Assembly (NCBI RefSeq): GCF_004010195.1 | Contig: NC_057750.1 | Coordinates: 10,810,524 to 10,830,523, forward strand | Direction: 5' to 3' | Source: Chiloscyllium plagiosum | Lineage: Eukaryota | DNA: 20,000 nucleotides | Part shown: positions 1 through 9,494 of the stretch, in pieces | How positions within the stretch are numbered: position 1 is the first letter of the stretch | Layout of the letters: every line of letters starts with the position of its first letter | Position numbers and translations under genes: made by a program | Notes under the pieces: model-generated | What the model was told of the DNA's origin: nothing | What the model saw: the letters and a program-made list of their open reading frames with translations, nothing else | Databases searched by the model: none

Positions 1-30
1 CACTTCCTGGAAATGTGATGGAGGCAGGAT

Positions 31-380
31 TTTTTAAATTCATTCACGGGATGTGGGCATTACTGACTAGGCCCAGCATTTATTGTCCATCCCTTGTTGC
101 CCAGAAGGCAGTTGAGAGTCAACCGCATTGCTGTGGGTCTGGAGTCACACACAGACCAGACCATGTTAGGATGGCAAATTTCCTAAAAGACTTTAGTGAA
201 TCAGATGAGCTTTTCCAGACAATCAACAATGCTTACATGATCACAATTAGATTCTTAATTCCAGATTTTTATTGAATTCAAATACCACCATCTACCATGG
301 CAGGATTTGTACCTGTTTCCCAAAACATTACCTGGGATTTTTGATTAATGGTCTAATAGTAATACCACTAGGCCTTCACC
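31..380 (-). mobile_element. tRNA-derived shark SINE (family A), near full length, inserted in a CR1 3' tail
   Basis: Minus strand starts with a tRNA-like head (ggcctagtggtattac..., degenerate B-box) and ends in GGACAATAAATGCTGGGCCTAGTCAG...CCCACATCCCGTGAATGAAT, similar to the LINE tail at 2817-2868. CR1 tail sequence lies on both sides (1-30 and 383-550). Confidence 0.75.
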
Positions 381-382
381 CC

Positions 383-550
383 AATGCATTTAATAGGGCA
401 TTTGATTGTTATTTGGAAAGAAACAATATGCAAGGGTCACAGGGAAAAGGCAGGAGCTTGGCATTATGTCATGATGCTGATTTGGAGAGACACAGTGAAC
501 ACAATGGGTCAAATGGCCCCCTTTTGCATCATAACACCTCTGTGATTCTG
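383..550 (+). mobile_element. Degraded CR1 LINE 3' end (continues 1-30)
   Basis: gtgatggaggcagg ... gcatttaatagggcatttgat ... atgggtcaaatggccc ... tgtgattctg resembles the CR1 ORF2 end and 3' hairpin; compare 7810-8000. Confidence 0.6.
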
Positions 551-584
551 ATAGCTCATCTGCCAGTTTGATTTTTGTTTCCTT

Positions 585-722
585 CTGAAGCATCAACTGT
601 CTATTTGGCAATCAATGAACATGGGGAGTGGGTAGGAATGTGGTCTTGAAGCCTGTGGTCAGTCATGATTATACTGAATGGCACAGCAGGCTCAGTTGGG
701 CTGAATGGTCAACTCCTTCTTG
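585..722 (+). mobile_element. Degraded CR1 3' UTR fragment
   Basis: tcagtcatgattatactgaatggcacagcaggctc..gggctgaatggtcaactcct resembles the CR1 tail at 7925-7985. Confidence 0.55.
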
Positions 723-754
723 CATCTCATCTTCCCTAATTTTAATCATTTTAT

Positions 755-862
755 TTGGTGGCCATATGTCCATACCTTGATCCTAGGTTCTGGAAATCTT
801 TTCCTAAAACTTTCTCTTAAGGAAGCTCCTTAAAACCTTTCTTTTTGATCACATAACACCTA
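755..862 (+). mobile_element. L2-type LINE 3' fragment
   Basis: ggtggccat...cctaggttctggaaatc...ctccttaaaacc resembles the fish/shark L2 3' end as I recall it. Confidence 0.4.
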
Positions 863-940
863 TCTGACTGGGTGACAAGGTTTATTTGATGAGCAACACC
901 ACCCCACCCCACCCGACCACAAAGAGTTCTTGGACATGTT

Positions 941-1164
941 AGCTGAAAATGTGTTGCTGGAAAAGCGCAGCAGGTCAGGCAACATCCAGGGAACAGGAGA
1001 ACCGACGTTTCGGGCATAAGCCCTTCTTCAGGAAGGGCTTATGCCCGAAACGTCAATTCTCCTGTTCCCTGGATGCTGCCTGACTTGCTGCGCTTTTCCA
1101 GCAACACATTTTCAGCTCTGATCTCCAGCATCTGCAGACCTCACTTTCTCCTCAAAGATTTCAT
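941..1164. mobile_element. Penelope-like element remnant, family 1: inverted pseudo-LTR pair (fold-back)
   Basis: 86-bp inverted arms 941-1026 and 1032-1117 (4 mismatches), 5-nt spacer, extra tail 1118-1164. Possible TSD CATGTTA (935-941 and 1165-1171). Contains a hammerhead motif. Confidence 0.8.
1004..1031 (-). ncRNA. Minimal hammerhead ribozyme motif (Penelope type)
   Basis: Minus strand: CTGAAGA-A-GGGC(TTAT)GCCC-GAAA-C-GTC. Core intact, perfect 4-bp stem II, palindromic ACGT in place of stem III, GUC triplet. Stem I is weak because the inversion junction is adjacent. Confidence 0.7.
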
Positions 1165-1179
1165 CATGTTAAACATACA

Positions 1180-1605
1180 AAAACAATTTGCATTCCTATA
1201 GTGCACTTAATGCAATAGAAGTCCCATATTGTAAGCAAGATAGCCTTTGGCAGAGTGATCAAAACCAACAGCCAAAATTGGAGAGGTGCTGCAGTGATTG
1301 GAATGAGGGCCAGGTGCATCTGTGAGTATGAGAACACTGACTGGGGTTGTTAGCCTGGGCCAATCAGGGATTGCATATTTGATGAGATCCACCTGACCCT
1401 TCTTCCAATCACTGCAGGCACAGAATCTCAGAAGGATGTAGACCTGGAGGAGGAAAGGAAGGGGGATTTGATCACAAAGGTAAGAATTTGAGGCAAAGTC
1501 AGATGAGGAGCCAACATAGGGAGGCAAGCTCAGTGGGACAATAGATTTGGTGCCAGTCATGACACATTCAGCAGGGTCTTAAGTGTGCTCAACTTTACCA
1601 AGGCT
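1180..1605 (-). mobile_element. Degraded L2-type LINE 3' portion
   Basis: Plus strand aacaatttgcattcctatagtgcacttaatg...ggagccaacatagg...gtgctcaactttac resembles the reverse complement of an L2 3' end. Confidence 0.55.
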
Positions 1606-1789
1606 GCAAGCTGGATCTAAGGCATCTTCAGGAATCTTCCCTTCAGCCAACAGCTGCAGCCATGCCTCTAGCCTCCTAGGCCTAATTCTCATCCTCATCT
1701 GTATTTTTGTACAAGGTGAACTGTACCAATGATACAACGCCTCCTTCTGACATCAACAAGAACATTTTCTCCAGTTTACTCACCAAGGA

Positions 1790-2195
1790 CATGAAAACTA
1801 TAGAGACTAGATGGATTGGGGCTGTTTTCCTTAGGACAGAGGCGAATGAGGGGGAATCTGATTGGAGGTATACAAAATCATGAGGAGGATAGATATGAAG
1901 AAAATTTTCTCCTTCGTAGAGGGATAAATAACCAGGGGGGACATAGGTTTAAGGTAATGGGCAGAAGGTTCAGAAGGGATTTTGGGAAGAGTTTTCTTTC
2001 CCACAAGTGGTGGATATCTGGAACCCACTGCCTGAAGGGGTACAGAAGGCAGGAACCATCACAATATTTAAGAAGTATTTATACCAGCACTTGAAATCCA
2101 CAGAATATAAGACTATGGGCCAAGTGCTGGAAAATGCCATTTTCATGGTCATGATGGGCCAAAGGGACTCTTTCTGCACTGCATATAACTTATGA
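1790..2195 (+). mobile_element. CR1 LINE 3' fragment (ORF2 C-terminus plus tail), frameshifted
   Basis: Peptides GLFSLGQRRMRGNLI, GHRFKVMGRRFRRD and WNPLPEGVQKAGTITIFKKYL are CR1 ORF2 C-terminal motifs. Tail atgggccaaaggg. Confidence 0.85.
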
Positions 2196-2322
2196 ATATG
2201 GCCCAATTGGATCTTCTCACACAACTATCTTTTAGCACCTCTTCCCTCCAAAGTTTGGGCGAAGATTTGTAGCTCGGGTGCTCGTTGTTGTGGTTCTGTT
2301 CGCTGAGCTGGAAATTTTTGTT

Positions 2323-2362
2323 GCAAACGTTTCGTCCCCTGTCTAGGTGACATCCTCAGTGC
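2323..2362 (-). ncRNA. Minimal hammerhead ribozyme motif (left arm)
   Basis: Exact reverse complement of 2482-2521. Confidence 0.7.
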
Positions 2363-2481
2363 TTGGGAGCCTCCTGTGAAGCGCTTCTGTGGTGTTTCCT
2401 CCGGCAACCGGAAGTGGCAGGGACAGGCCACTATAAATGCCGGAGGAAACACCACAGAAGCGCTTCACAGGAGGCTCCCAA

Positions 2482-2521
2482 GCACTGAGGATGTCACCTA
2501 GACAGGGGACGAAACGTTTGC
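2482..2521 (+). ncRNA. Minimal hammerhead ribozyme motif (right arm)
   Basis: GCA-CTGAGGA-T-GTCACCT(AGAC)AGGGGAC-GAAA-C-GTT-TGC. Stem I GCA/TGC, core CUGANGA and GAAA, stem II 6 of 7 paired, ACGT palindrome, GUU triplet. Confidence 0.7.
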
Positions 2522-2603
2522 AATAAAAATTTCCAGCTCGGCGAACAGAACCACAACAACCTCTTCCCTCCTTTCCAGAAGTAAGGAAAAAAGGTTTAAT
2601 AAA

Positions 2604-2872
2604 ACAGCAGCAGATACATGGGAACACCACTACCTTCAAATTCCGCTCCAAGCCATTCGCCATTTTGACTTGCAAATATATTACCACTCCTTCACTATCT
2701 CTGGGTCAAAATCCTGGAATTCCCTCCTTAATGCTACTGTGCTTTAACCTGCAGCAGGTGGACTACAGCAGTTCAAGAAGGCAGCTCACCACTAGCTTCT
2801 CAAGGGCACCAGGGTTGGGCAATAAATGCTGGCCTAGCCAGCAATGTCCACATCCCACATGTGAATAGAAAG
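2604..2872 (+). mobile_element. CR1/L2-group LINE (family B) 3' end
   Basis: gcagcagatacatgggaacac...gttcaagaaggcagctcaccac...caataaatgctggcc is colinear with 18352-18620, which follows RT C-terminal coding remnants. Confidence 0.8.
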
Positions 2873-3824
2873 AATGTACTTGTCATACTGAACCTCTGTT
2901 GAGACATATATCGGACCAGTATGCTGGGGTATTTTGGCTTATTACTCCTCTCTGCTCCCCTCATCTATTCCACTTACCCACTCCTACTTTGATCTGCCCC
3001 TACGGTGATATGGAGACAAAGCCTGGAGCATTACTAGCTTTCCCAGGAGCCAGGGATAGTTAACCCACAAGTGGTGTAGATGGGTGATGACAGAGGATTC
3101 TGTGCAAAACCCCCTCTAGTTTCACCTCAGACAACAGCTAGTGTGCGGATGGCAGTTGGCAGCTGTGGGAGGCGACAAGCTGCACCAGCTCTGAGCTGTC
3201 AGGCATGGTGACCCTGAGAAGTTATTGGTAAAGACAGCAGCCATGCCAGTTGTCTCTGAAAGGTCACTTGGCGTTTTCAAACAACATCTTTCACTTGTGG
3301 CAAGGCAGTGATTTATGTTCAGAAAATAATCCGTTTATTTTGGAGACATGAGCTGAGGAGGTCTTGTTTACCCCAGAGTGGACCACATCAAGGACTCCCA
3401 CAGCCAAGTCATGACCATGAGTGGCCTCTTGGGACAAGTTGGAAATGCTTGAGATCTCAGTGGGATGGTGAGGTCACTGCCTCATTGGAGTAACACGAGT
3501 GGCACATTACTTTGAACCTGTGAAGAATCCTCGTGCCCCCCAGTCGTGTTCCATGATGTGGCTCCTGAAGCAACCAAAATTGTCTGTTATGTCAGCTTTG
3601 TATCTCCCTTTGACACAGCATCAAAGCCCACAGAGCAGGGTTCAGAGTTATAAGCCACATACTTGAGGTTTCACCACAACCCAGAAACAAATTTGGTTTC
3701 AAATCATCAAACCAAGTCCCATATCACAAATAGACAAGTGACTATAGTTACAGAACAGCTTGAGGGGCTCAGTGACTGACTATTTTCCAAAAAAATTCCT
3801 AACTCCTTCTAACTACCCTTCCAT

Positions 3825-4165
3825 AGTCAAAATCTCACAGTCATGAGCTCAAACTCCTCTCCAGAGTCTGGACCATATCGTCTAGGTCAACACTGATTCA
3901 GATGAGATGTCAAGCCGTGGCCTCCCTGTACGTACATTACCCCCGCTCATCTCCTGTCTCTGATGTCCCAGCAGGCAAGTTTCTCTACCCATTTCCTGAC
4001 CAAAATCTATCCCCCTAACAAATACACGATGCAGATAATATGATCATGTATTACATTGTGGTTTGTGGAATCTTATTGTATCTGGAACAATGACAATTCG
4101 GTGATTGAAAAGCATTCTGGGACATTCTGCAGTAAGGCAGGTTTTATGATTAGTTCGTTTTTATT
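3825..4165 (+). mobile_element. Degraded Deu-domain SINE (SacSINE1-like)
   Basis: gatgagatgtcaagccgtggcc...tcctgaccaaaatctatccc...cagataatatgatcat..acattgtggtttgtggaatctt...aagcattctgggacattctg resembles the DeuSINE body and L2-like tail as I recall them. Confidence 0.5.
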
Positions 4166-4612
4166 CTTCTCAGCTCCACGTGGCAGTCGGCTGTCAAAAT
4201 GTTTAAACTTGTCTCTGGTTTTGAAACACCTCTTCTGTGTTTGAATAATTTTATTTCATTTTCAGGATTCTATATTTCCTGCAACACTTGGTGGGGTGAA
4301 AATTATTTAAGAATATACTTTAGCCAGGGGTATATATGGGCAAAACACATATTGGATTCTTGGTCCCATTGGGAAGGGGGCAGGACCAGAAAGCAAAGAC
4401 AGTTGTGAAATTCTGCCAATTCTTTATTCTTGGATGCCAGATGGGGAGGAGCAAGCCTTGCCTAACACCCTATAAATAGTCTTTAAAGCCACTTGAAAGC
4501 TTAAGGCCTATTCATGAACACTGACTATTTTCAATTGGGCCTCCAGGCTCATGCAGCCTGACTGGGTGTAGGAGTAACCACAATCTTGTCCTTGAAAGGA
4601 GCTCTTTGACGA

Positions 4613-4929
4613 GGGTGGCACGGTGGCTCAGTGGCTAGCACTGCTGCCTCACAGCACCAGGGTCCCAGGTTCAATTGCAGCCTCAGGTGACTGTCAGTCT
4701 GGACTTTGCACATTCTCCATGTGTCTGCGTGGGATTCCTCCGGGTGCTCTGGTTTCTTCGCACAATCCAAAGATGTGCAGGCCAGGTGAATTGGCCATGC
4801 CAAATTGCCCATTGTGTTAGGTGCATTAGTCAGAGGGAAAAACGGGTCTGGGCAGGTTATTCTTCGGAGGGTCGGTGTGGACTTGGGCTGAATGGCCTGT
4901 TTCCACACTGTAGGGAACCTAATCTAATC
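4613..4929 (+). mobile_element. HE1-type V-SINE, full length (copy 1)
   Basis: A-box TGGCTCAGTGG, B-box GGTTCAATT, V-domain (tttgcacattctcc..gtgtctgcgtggg..tcctccgggtgctctggtttc), CR1-like tail and (AATCT)n end. Confidence 0.9.
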
Positions 4930-4933
4930 TTTG

Positions 4934-5260
4934 GGGGTGGCACGGTGGCTCAGTGGTTAGCACTGCTGCCTCACAATGCCAGGGACCCGGGTTCAATTCC
5001 AGCCTTGGGTGACTGTCTGTCTGGACTTTGCACGTTCTCCCCGTGTCTGCATGGGTTTCCTTCGGGTGCTCTGGTTTCTTCCCACAATCCGAAGATGTGC
5101 AGGTTAGGTGAATTGGCCATACTAAATTGCTCATACTGTCAGGTGCATTAGTCGTGGTAAATATTGCATAGGGTAGGGGAATGGGTGGGTTACTCTTCGG
5201 AAGGTTGGTGTGGACTTGCTGGGCCAAAGGGCCTGTTTCCACACTGTAGGGAATCTAATC
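4934..5260 (+). mobile_element. HE1-type V-SINE, full length (copy 2, head-to-tail with copy 1)
   Basis: Same architecture as copy 1. B-box GGTTCAATTCC. Tail gggccaaagggcctgtttccacactgtagggaatctaatc. Confidence 0.9.
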
Positions 5261-5384
5261 AACCCTTAGCCCCAAAACCCTCTCAAATTTACACCCTGGC
5301 TGCAATAAACCATTAAAAACTTAAATAAAGTTGGAGAGAAGACACTTCCATCTTGAAGCATCTTCTCTTCTACTTTCTACTCAA

Positions 5385-5480
5385 GATATCTTTAATCAAC
5401 CTGTCCAAATGTGTCTCTGGAGGAGTGGGGCTTGTACACAAGCCTCTTGGATCACAGATAAGGACACCACAACAGACCCC
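5385..5480 (-). mobile_element. Short tRNA-derived SINE (family C), degraded
   Basis: Colinear with 6785-6893 (ggacaccac..gaccc; taatcaacctgt). Confidence 0.45.
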
Positions 5481-5869
5481 TACTTTACACTGGAGCAATG
5501 TGTTGCTTCCAAAATCTGGCTTTCAGGGCCCACTTGTCACATTTTATTGGATGGTCTCCAGGTCAACAAAGGGGGAGAAGGATGAAGGCCCTGTGAAAAT
5601 CCACAAAGACAGATGCTTTCTATGCAGCCTTCTCCCAAGCCTCCTCGCTACCCATCCCAGCCCTGCTCAGGTTTGAGATCCAAAAATAGGTTTAACCTCT
5701 GTTTATGCCTCCCTCTCTCCCCCAATCACAGAGAAATTCCAGTGTCTCTATGGCCAAACAAATCTAATTCGGACGCGGCGTGCACTAAGAATACAAGGGG
5801 CCCTCCTCCCAAATGGCCACCTTCTCATCCTAGATTTTATGGTGTTATGAGGGTGGATTGCATACAGTC

Positions 5870-6236
5870 TGAGAGACTAACAATGAATTAATTGAGGTGA
5901 AAGGATTCCATCAGGAGGAGATGGAGAAATGGTTCCCTCTGTTAAGGGGAGAGGATAGAGGGCAGGAAGCTGTCCAGAATGATTAAGGCCTCATATTAAA
6001 TGTAGCTGATGTCAGGAAACACTTATTCACATAAGAGAGTGAAACACTAACTCCATTCCCATCCATGTACCCACAAAAATATTGAGGTGAAAGGTCAATT
6101 GAAAGTTATGAAAGCAAGCCTATTGTATTAGAGAGTTCATATTTCTAGGAAGGCAGTCAATATGACAAAGAGCAACCGTAATTGAATTGAAATAGGAAAC
6201 AGATACAAGGGGCTCAATGGCCTCCTCCTGTTCCTT
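5870..6236 (+). mobile_element. Highly degraded CR1 3' fragment
   Basis: ttaattgaggtg, tcaggaaacacttattcaca, and tail aaggggctcaatggcctcctcctgttcct. Confidence 0.55.
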
Positions 6237-6784
6237 GTTGGGCAGTTTCCGAATTGGTCATCAACAACAGTGTGCTATAAATACAGAGCTGTTAGTCATT
6301 ATTGATGTGATTTCACTGGGAAGGCATGCTACAAACCCCAAACCCTCCCAGAAATCCCCACAAATGGCCACGCGCACACACCACCCAGATGTTCGCATTG
6401 TGCTTCCCCACCCCCAGCCTTTCAGTAATCAGCTGACCACTTGCTTTCAAAAAACAAAACACAAGTGAAGGAAGTGTACAAGGTCCATTTCCAAACTGCG
6501 TGCAGGGTCTAACAATAGTACAACAGGAAGTGGGAGAGCTCATAGGCCCCACGTCTGTTCATGTGGCACATCCTGTCAGCTGACAGAGGCAGCATTGCAC
6601 CTGCAGTGAATAAAGTGTCTTTTACTCTCTCCTCTTTAACTTATCCCTAGGTTAATGACAGGGCACTGGTGACTGAGTGTCAATCCAGACTCGTACCCAA
6701 AAGATGCAGTTTAAAAATTACTTCAGGAGAACTGCTGGCCTACTCATTAATCTGCTTGCTGGTCAACGCCAGTCTTAGATATTT

Positions 6785-6893
6785 TCTAATCATTCTGTTC
6801 AGAAATGTTATTATACACTTATGGAACAGATGAGACTTGAAGCCAGGCCTTTTAGCTCAGAGTTAGGGACACTACCACTGTGCCACAAGAACC
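6785..6893 (-). mobile_element. Short tRNA-derived SINE (family C)
   Basis: Minus strand gggttcttgtggcacagtggtagtgtccct...ggcttcaagtctcatctg, with A-box and B-box-like motifs. Confidence 0.65.
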
Positions 6894-7032
6894 CTACAAT
6901 ACAAGTGAAGATTATGGTTAAAATGCAAATTCACAAACCTAACCAAAAAAGACTGTGATGTTGTGGTATCTCAGGTAGGAAGAATGGGTTCAAATCCCAC
7001 CATAGTAGCTGGTCATGTCTAATATATTAATG

Positions 7033-7140
7033 CTTTTGTGGAGCAGTGGTAATGTTCCTGTCTCTGGGCCAGGAGGTCCAGGTTCATGTCCCATCTGTCC
7101 CAGCCATGTGTCATAACCTGTCAGAATCAGCTGCTTAGAT
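7033..7140 (+). mobile_element. Short tRNA-derived SINE (family C)
   Basis: ttgtggagcagtggtaatgttcct...ggaggtccaggttcatgtcccatctg; inverted homolog of 6785-6893. Confidence 0.65.
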
Positions 7141-7204
7141 AGTCTCTTCTAGAAACTTTTAAGAGATTGTCTAATGTACAAAATAGAGAGAATAATTTAC
7201 AAAA

Positions 7205-7296
7205 GAGTTTTGTGATATAGTGTTAATGTATCTACCTTGGGGTCCAGGAAGTCCAGGTTCATGTCCCAGATGTGGGTGGGAATAAGCTGATTAAAA
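7205..7296 (+). mobile_element. Short tRNA-derived SINE (family C), degraded
   Basis: Shares ccagga.gtccaggttcatgtccca with 7033-7140. Confidence 0.55.
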
Positions 7297-7364
7297 ATAA
7301 CTATAATATCATAATAGAAATAATCACAAACATATTCACCACCCAATGCAGTATATAGCCTAAG

Positions 7365-8001
7365 CAATTGTCACTTATCTCAAGAGAGTTGGAATATAAA
7401 AGCAGTGATGTGCTACTGAGACTTTATAAAGCTCTGGTTAGACCCCGTTTAGAATCCTGTGTCCAGTTTTGGACCCCACACCTCAGGAAGGACATACTGG
7501 CACTGGAGTGTGTCCAGCGGAGATTCACATGGATGATCCCTGGAATGATAAGCCTAACAAATGATGAATGGCTGAGGATCCTGGGATTGTATTCACTAGA
7601 GTTTAGAAGATTGAGGGGAGATCTAATAGAAACTTACAAGATAACTTATAGCTTAGAAAGGGTGGACGCTGGGAAATTGTTTCTGTCAGGCAGGGATTCT
7701 AGGATCCATGGGCACAGCCTTAGAATTAGAGGGCGTCAATTAAGAACGGAAATGAAGAGACAGTTCTTCAGCCAAAGAGTAGTGGCCCTGTGCAATTCAT
7801 TGCCACAGAGTGCAGTGGAGGCCGGTACGTTAAATGTCTTCAAGGCAGAGATTAATAAATTCTTAATCTCACAAGGAATTAAGGGATAGGGGAGAGTGTG
7901 AGTAAGCGGCGTTGAAATGTCCATCCGCCATGATTGAATGACGGATTGGACTCAATTGGCCGAATGGCCTTACTTCCACTCTTATTTCTTATGGTCTTAT
8001 A
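7365..8001 (+). mobile_element. CR1 LINE, 5'-truncated; ORF2 C-terminal 173 codons still open (7368-7889)
   Basis: LRLYKALVRPRLESCVQFWTP...LECVQRRFT..IPG...LGLYSLEFRRLRGDLIETYKI...FFSQRVV are canonical CR1 ORF2 motifs, followed by the 3' hairpin and (cttat) tail. Confidence 0.95.
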
Positions 8002-8077
8002 TAACCAGGTTCACAGTCAAACTCCCAGAAGTAAAATCACAAGCATATAGTTACAGTCAAACTTTCTCCAATAATGT

Positions 8078-8380
8078 TTTTATTTCCTTTATTCTGTCAG
8101 GGAATATGTGGGTCTGCCCCTAACTGACCTCAGGGCTGTGAACAGTCCATAAGGTCATACAACATAGGAGCAGAAATTAGGCCATTCAGCCCATCAAGTC
8201 TGCTCTGCCATTCAATCATGGCTACGTCAATCCACTGCTATGAGTCTGGAGGCATGCGTAGGCCGAACAAGGAACAGCACATTTCCTTCCTTAAAAGACA
8301 TTAGTAAACCTGATGGGCTTTTACAACAATCAATGATAATTATCATTCACCATTAATAAGACTAATATTTTAATCCGAAT
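8078..8380 (-). mobile_element. Family A-like SINE fragment interrupted by a CR1 tail
   Basis: gtctggag...taaaagacattagtaaacctgatgggcttttacaacaatc is colinear with 137-225. Confidence 0.55.
8147..8223 (-). mobile_element. CR1 3'-terminal fragment
   Basis: cataggagcagaaattaggccattcagcccatcaagtctgctctgccattcaatcatggct is the reverse complement of a CR1 tail. Confidence 0.75.
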
Positions 8381-8470
8381 GTTTGGTCATCTAAGACAAG
8401 TGAGATTCCAAAGTAGAACTGGCTTGATAGACAATATAGTTTTATTGTTTCTTTTTGTATACTGTGAAGG

Positions 8471-8688
8471 TAATGTCACCTTAGTCTTACCAGACCATGG
8501 GCTATTCTCTCGTTAGACAGAGGTGACTGGTGATGGTTTAGCCTGAGGTTTACCACACCTTGGCAATGGCAATGGTTGATAAGGATAATCCTTCATGGTA
8601 AGCTCAGTCAGTGGAAATTGAACTTGCATTGTTGGCATCACTCTATATTGTGAACCAGTCATACAGCCAACTGAGCTCAATGACCCCC
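8471..8688 (-). mobile_element. tRNA-derived SINE (family D), full length
   Basis: Minus head ggggtcattgagctcagttggc...aagttcaatttcc. Imperfect TSD TACTGT(A)GAAG at 8460-8469 and 8691-8701. Confidence 0.7.
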
Positions 8689-9494
8689 TTTACTGTAGAA
8701 GTGAGTCACTGAACATAGTCATAAGAGATTGTCAATATACTTTTAACAAGAAAAACTAGTTAATTACACAAAAGAAAAACATAAACTATATACATGAGAA
8801 AAGAATTATTAGAACAACTGAAGTCCAAACATTGGAAAAACTCACTCCTTTAACCCCAGCAACAACCATACAGACACTCAAACCTTGGTGAAGACTCAGC
8901 CCCTATTCCCATATTAAAAACTCTTTACTCTTGCTATGACTTCTATCAGTTTTCCTTCCACAAATCTCTCAGCATTCACTAGATGCAATTTTATCTCAGT
9001 AACATCTTTCCCTAGACCATTGAAACAAGTTGATAACTCAGCTCACTTATTACTTAACATAGATTCCCTAAGCCCATATCTTCAACATGCTTGTACAGTA
9101 TCTTCCACTCTGATACTTGCATAGGCTTCTGATTCTGGAACTTTCTTCTCAGGACTTTCCCCCTACCCTGCCTACTTGGAGACTGTTAACAACAGCACCT
9201 CTATTTTGGACTTCTTCTTTCTCCATGAACCTGCTCTGGACCCCACCCTCTCTCTCTGACTTATAAAACCCAAGTCAGTAACATCTTCACAATTACCTCC
9301 CCAAGCTTGCTGGTCATTTAGCTGAAACCACAGGACCCCTCATAAATGTTGTTTTGATCTTGCTGCTCAAAATTAATCTCTAATCCTTAAAGCAAAATAA
9401 CAAATCAGATTTACACAGAACTGAAAACCTAATCTCCCTTCACCTTAGAATCTAAATGATCAAATGACAGATTGAGAACTATCATCACAGTAGT

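Larger units (their letters stand above)
2250..2558. mobile_element. Penelope-like element remnant, family 2: young fold-back with 13-bp TSD
   Basis: 123-bp inverted arms 2284-2406 and 2438-2560 (2 mismatches), 31-nt spacer, tail 2250-2283. Perfect direct repeat ACCTCTTCCCTCC at 2237-2249 and 2559-2571. Confidence 0.85.

Noticed and set aside
1650..1722. Signal-peptide-like frame SHASSLLGLILILICIFVQ|G with a phase-1 donor
   Set aside because: No nearby in-frame ATG, and the first half resembles an L2 3' fragment (cagccatgcc...cctaggcc).
2225..2687. Overlapping ORFs with mirrored peptides
   Set aside because: Artefact of the 123-bp inverted repeat.
4613..4690. tRNA gene
   Set aside because: The A-box and B-box continue into a V-domain and LINE tail, so this is a SINE head.
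4549..5242. 107-158 aa ORFs on both strands
   Set aside because: Translations of HE1 SINEs.
7368..7889. 173-aa ORF as a host gene
   Set aside because: It is the CR1 ORF2 C-terminus with its 3' UTR.
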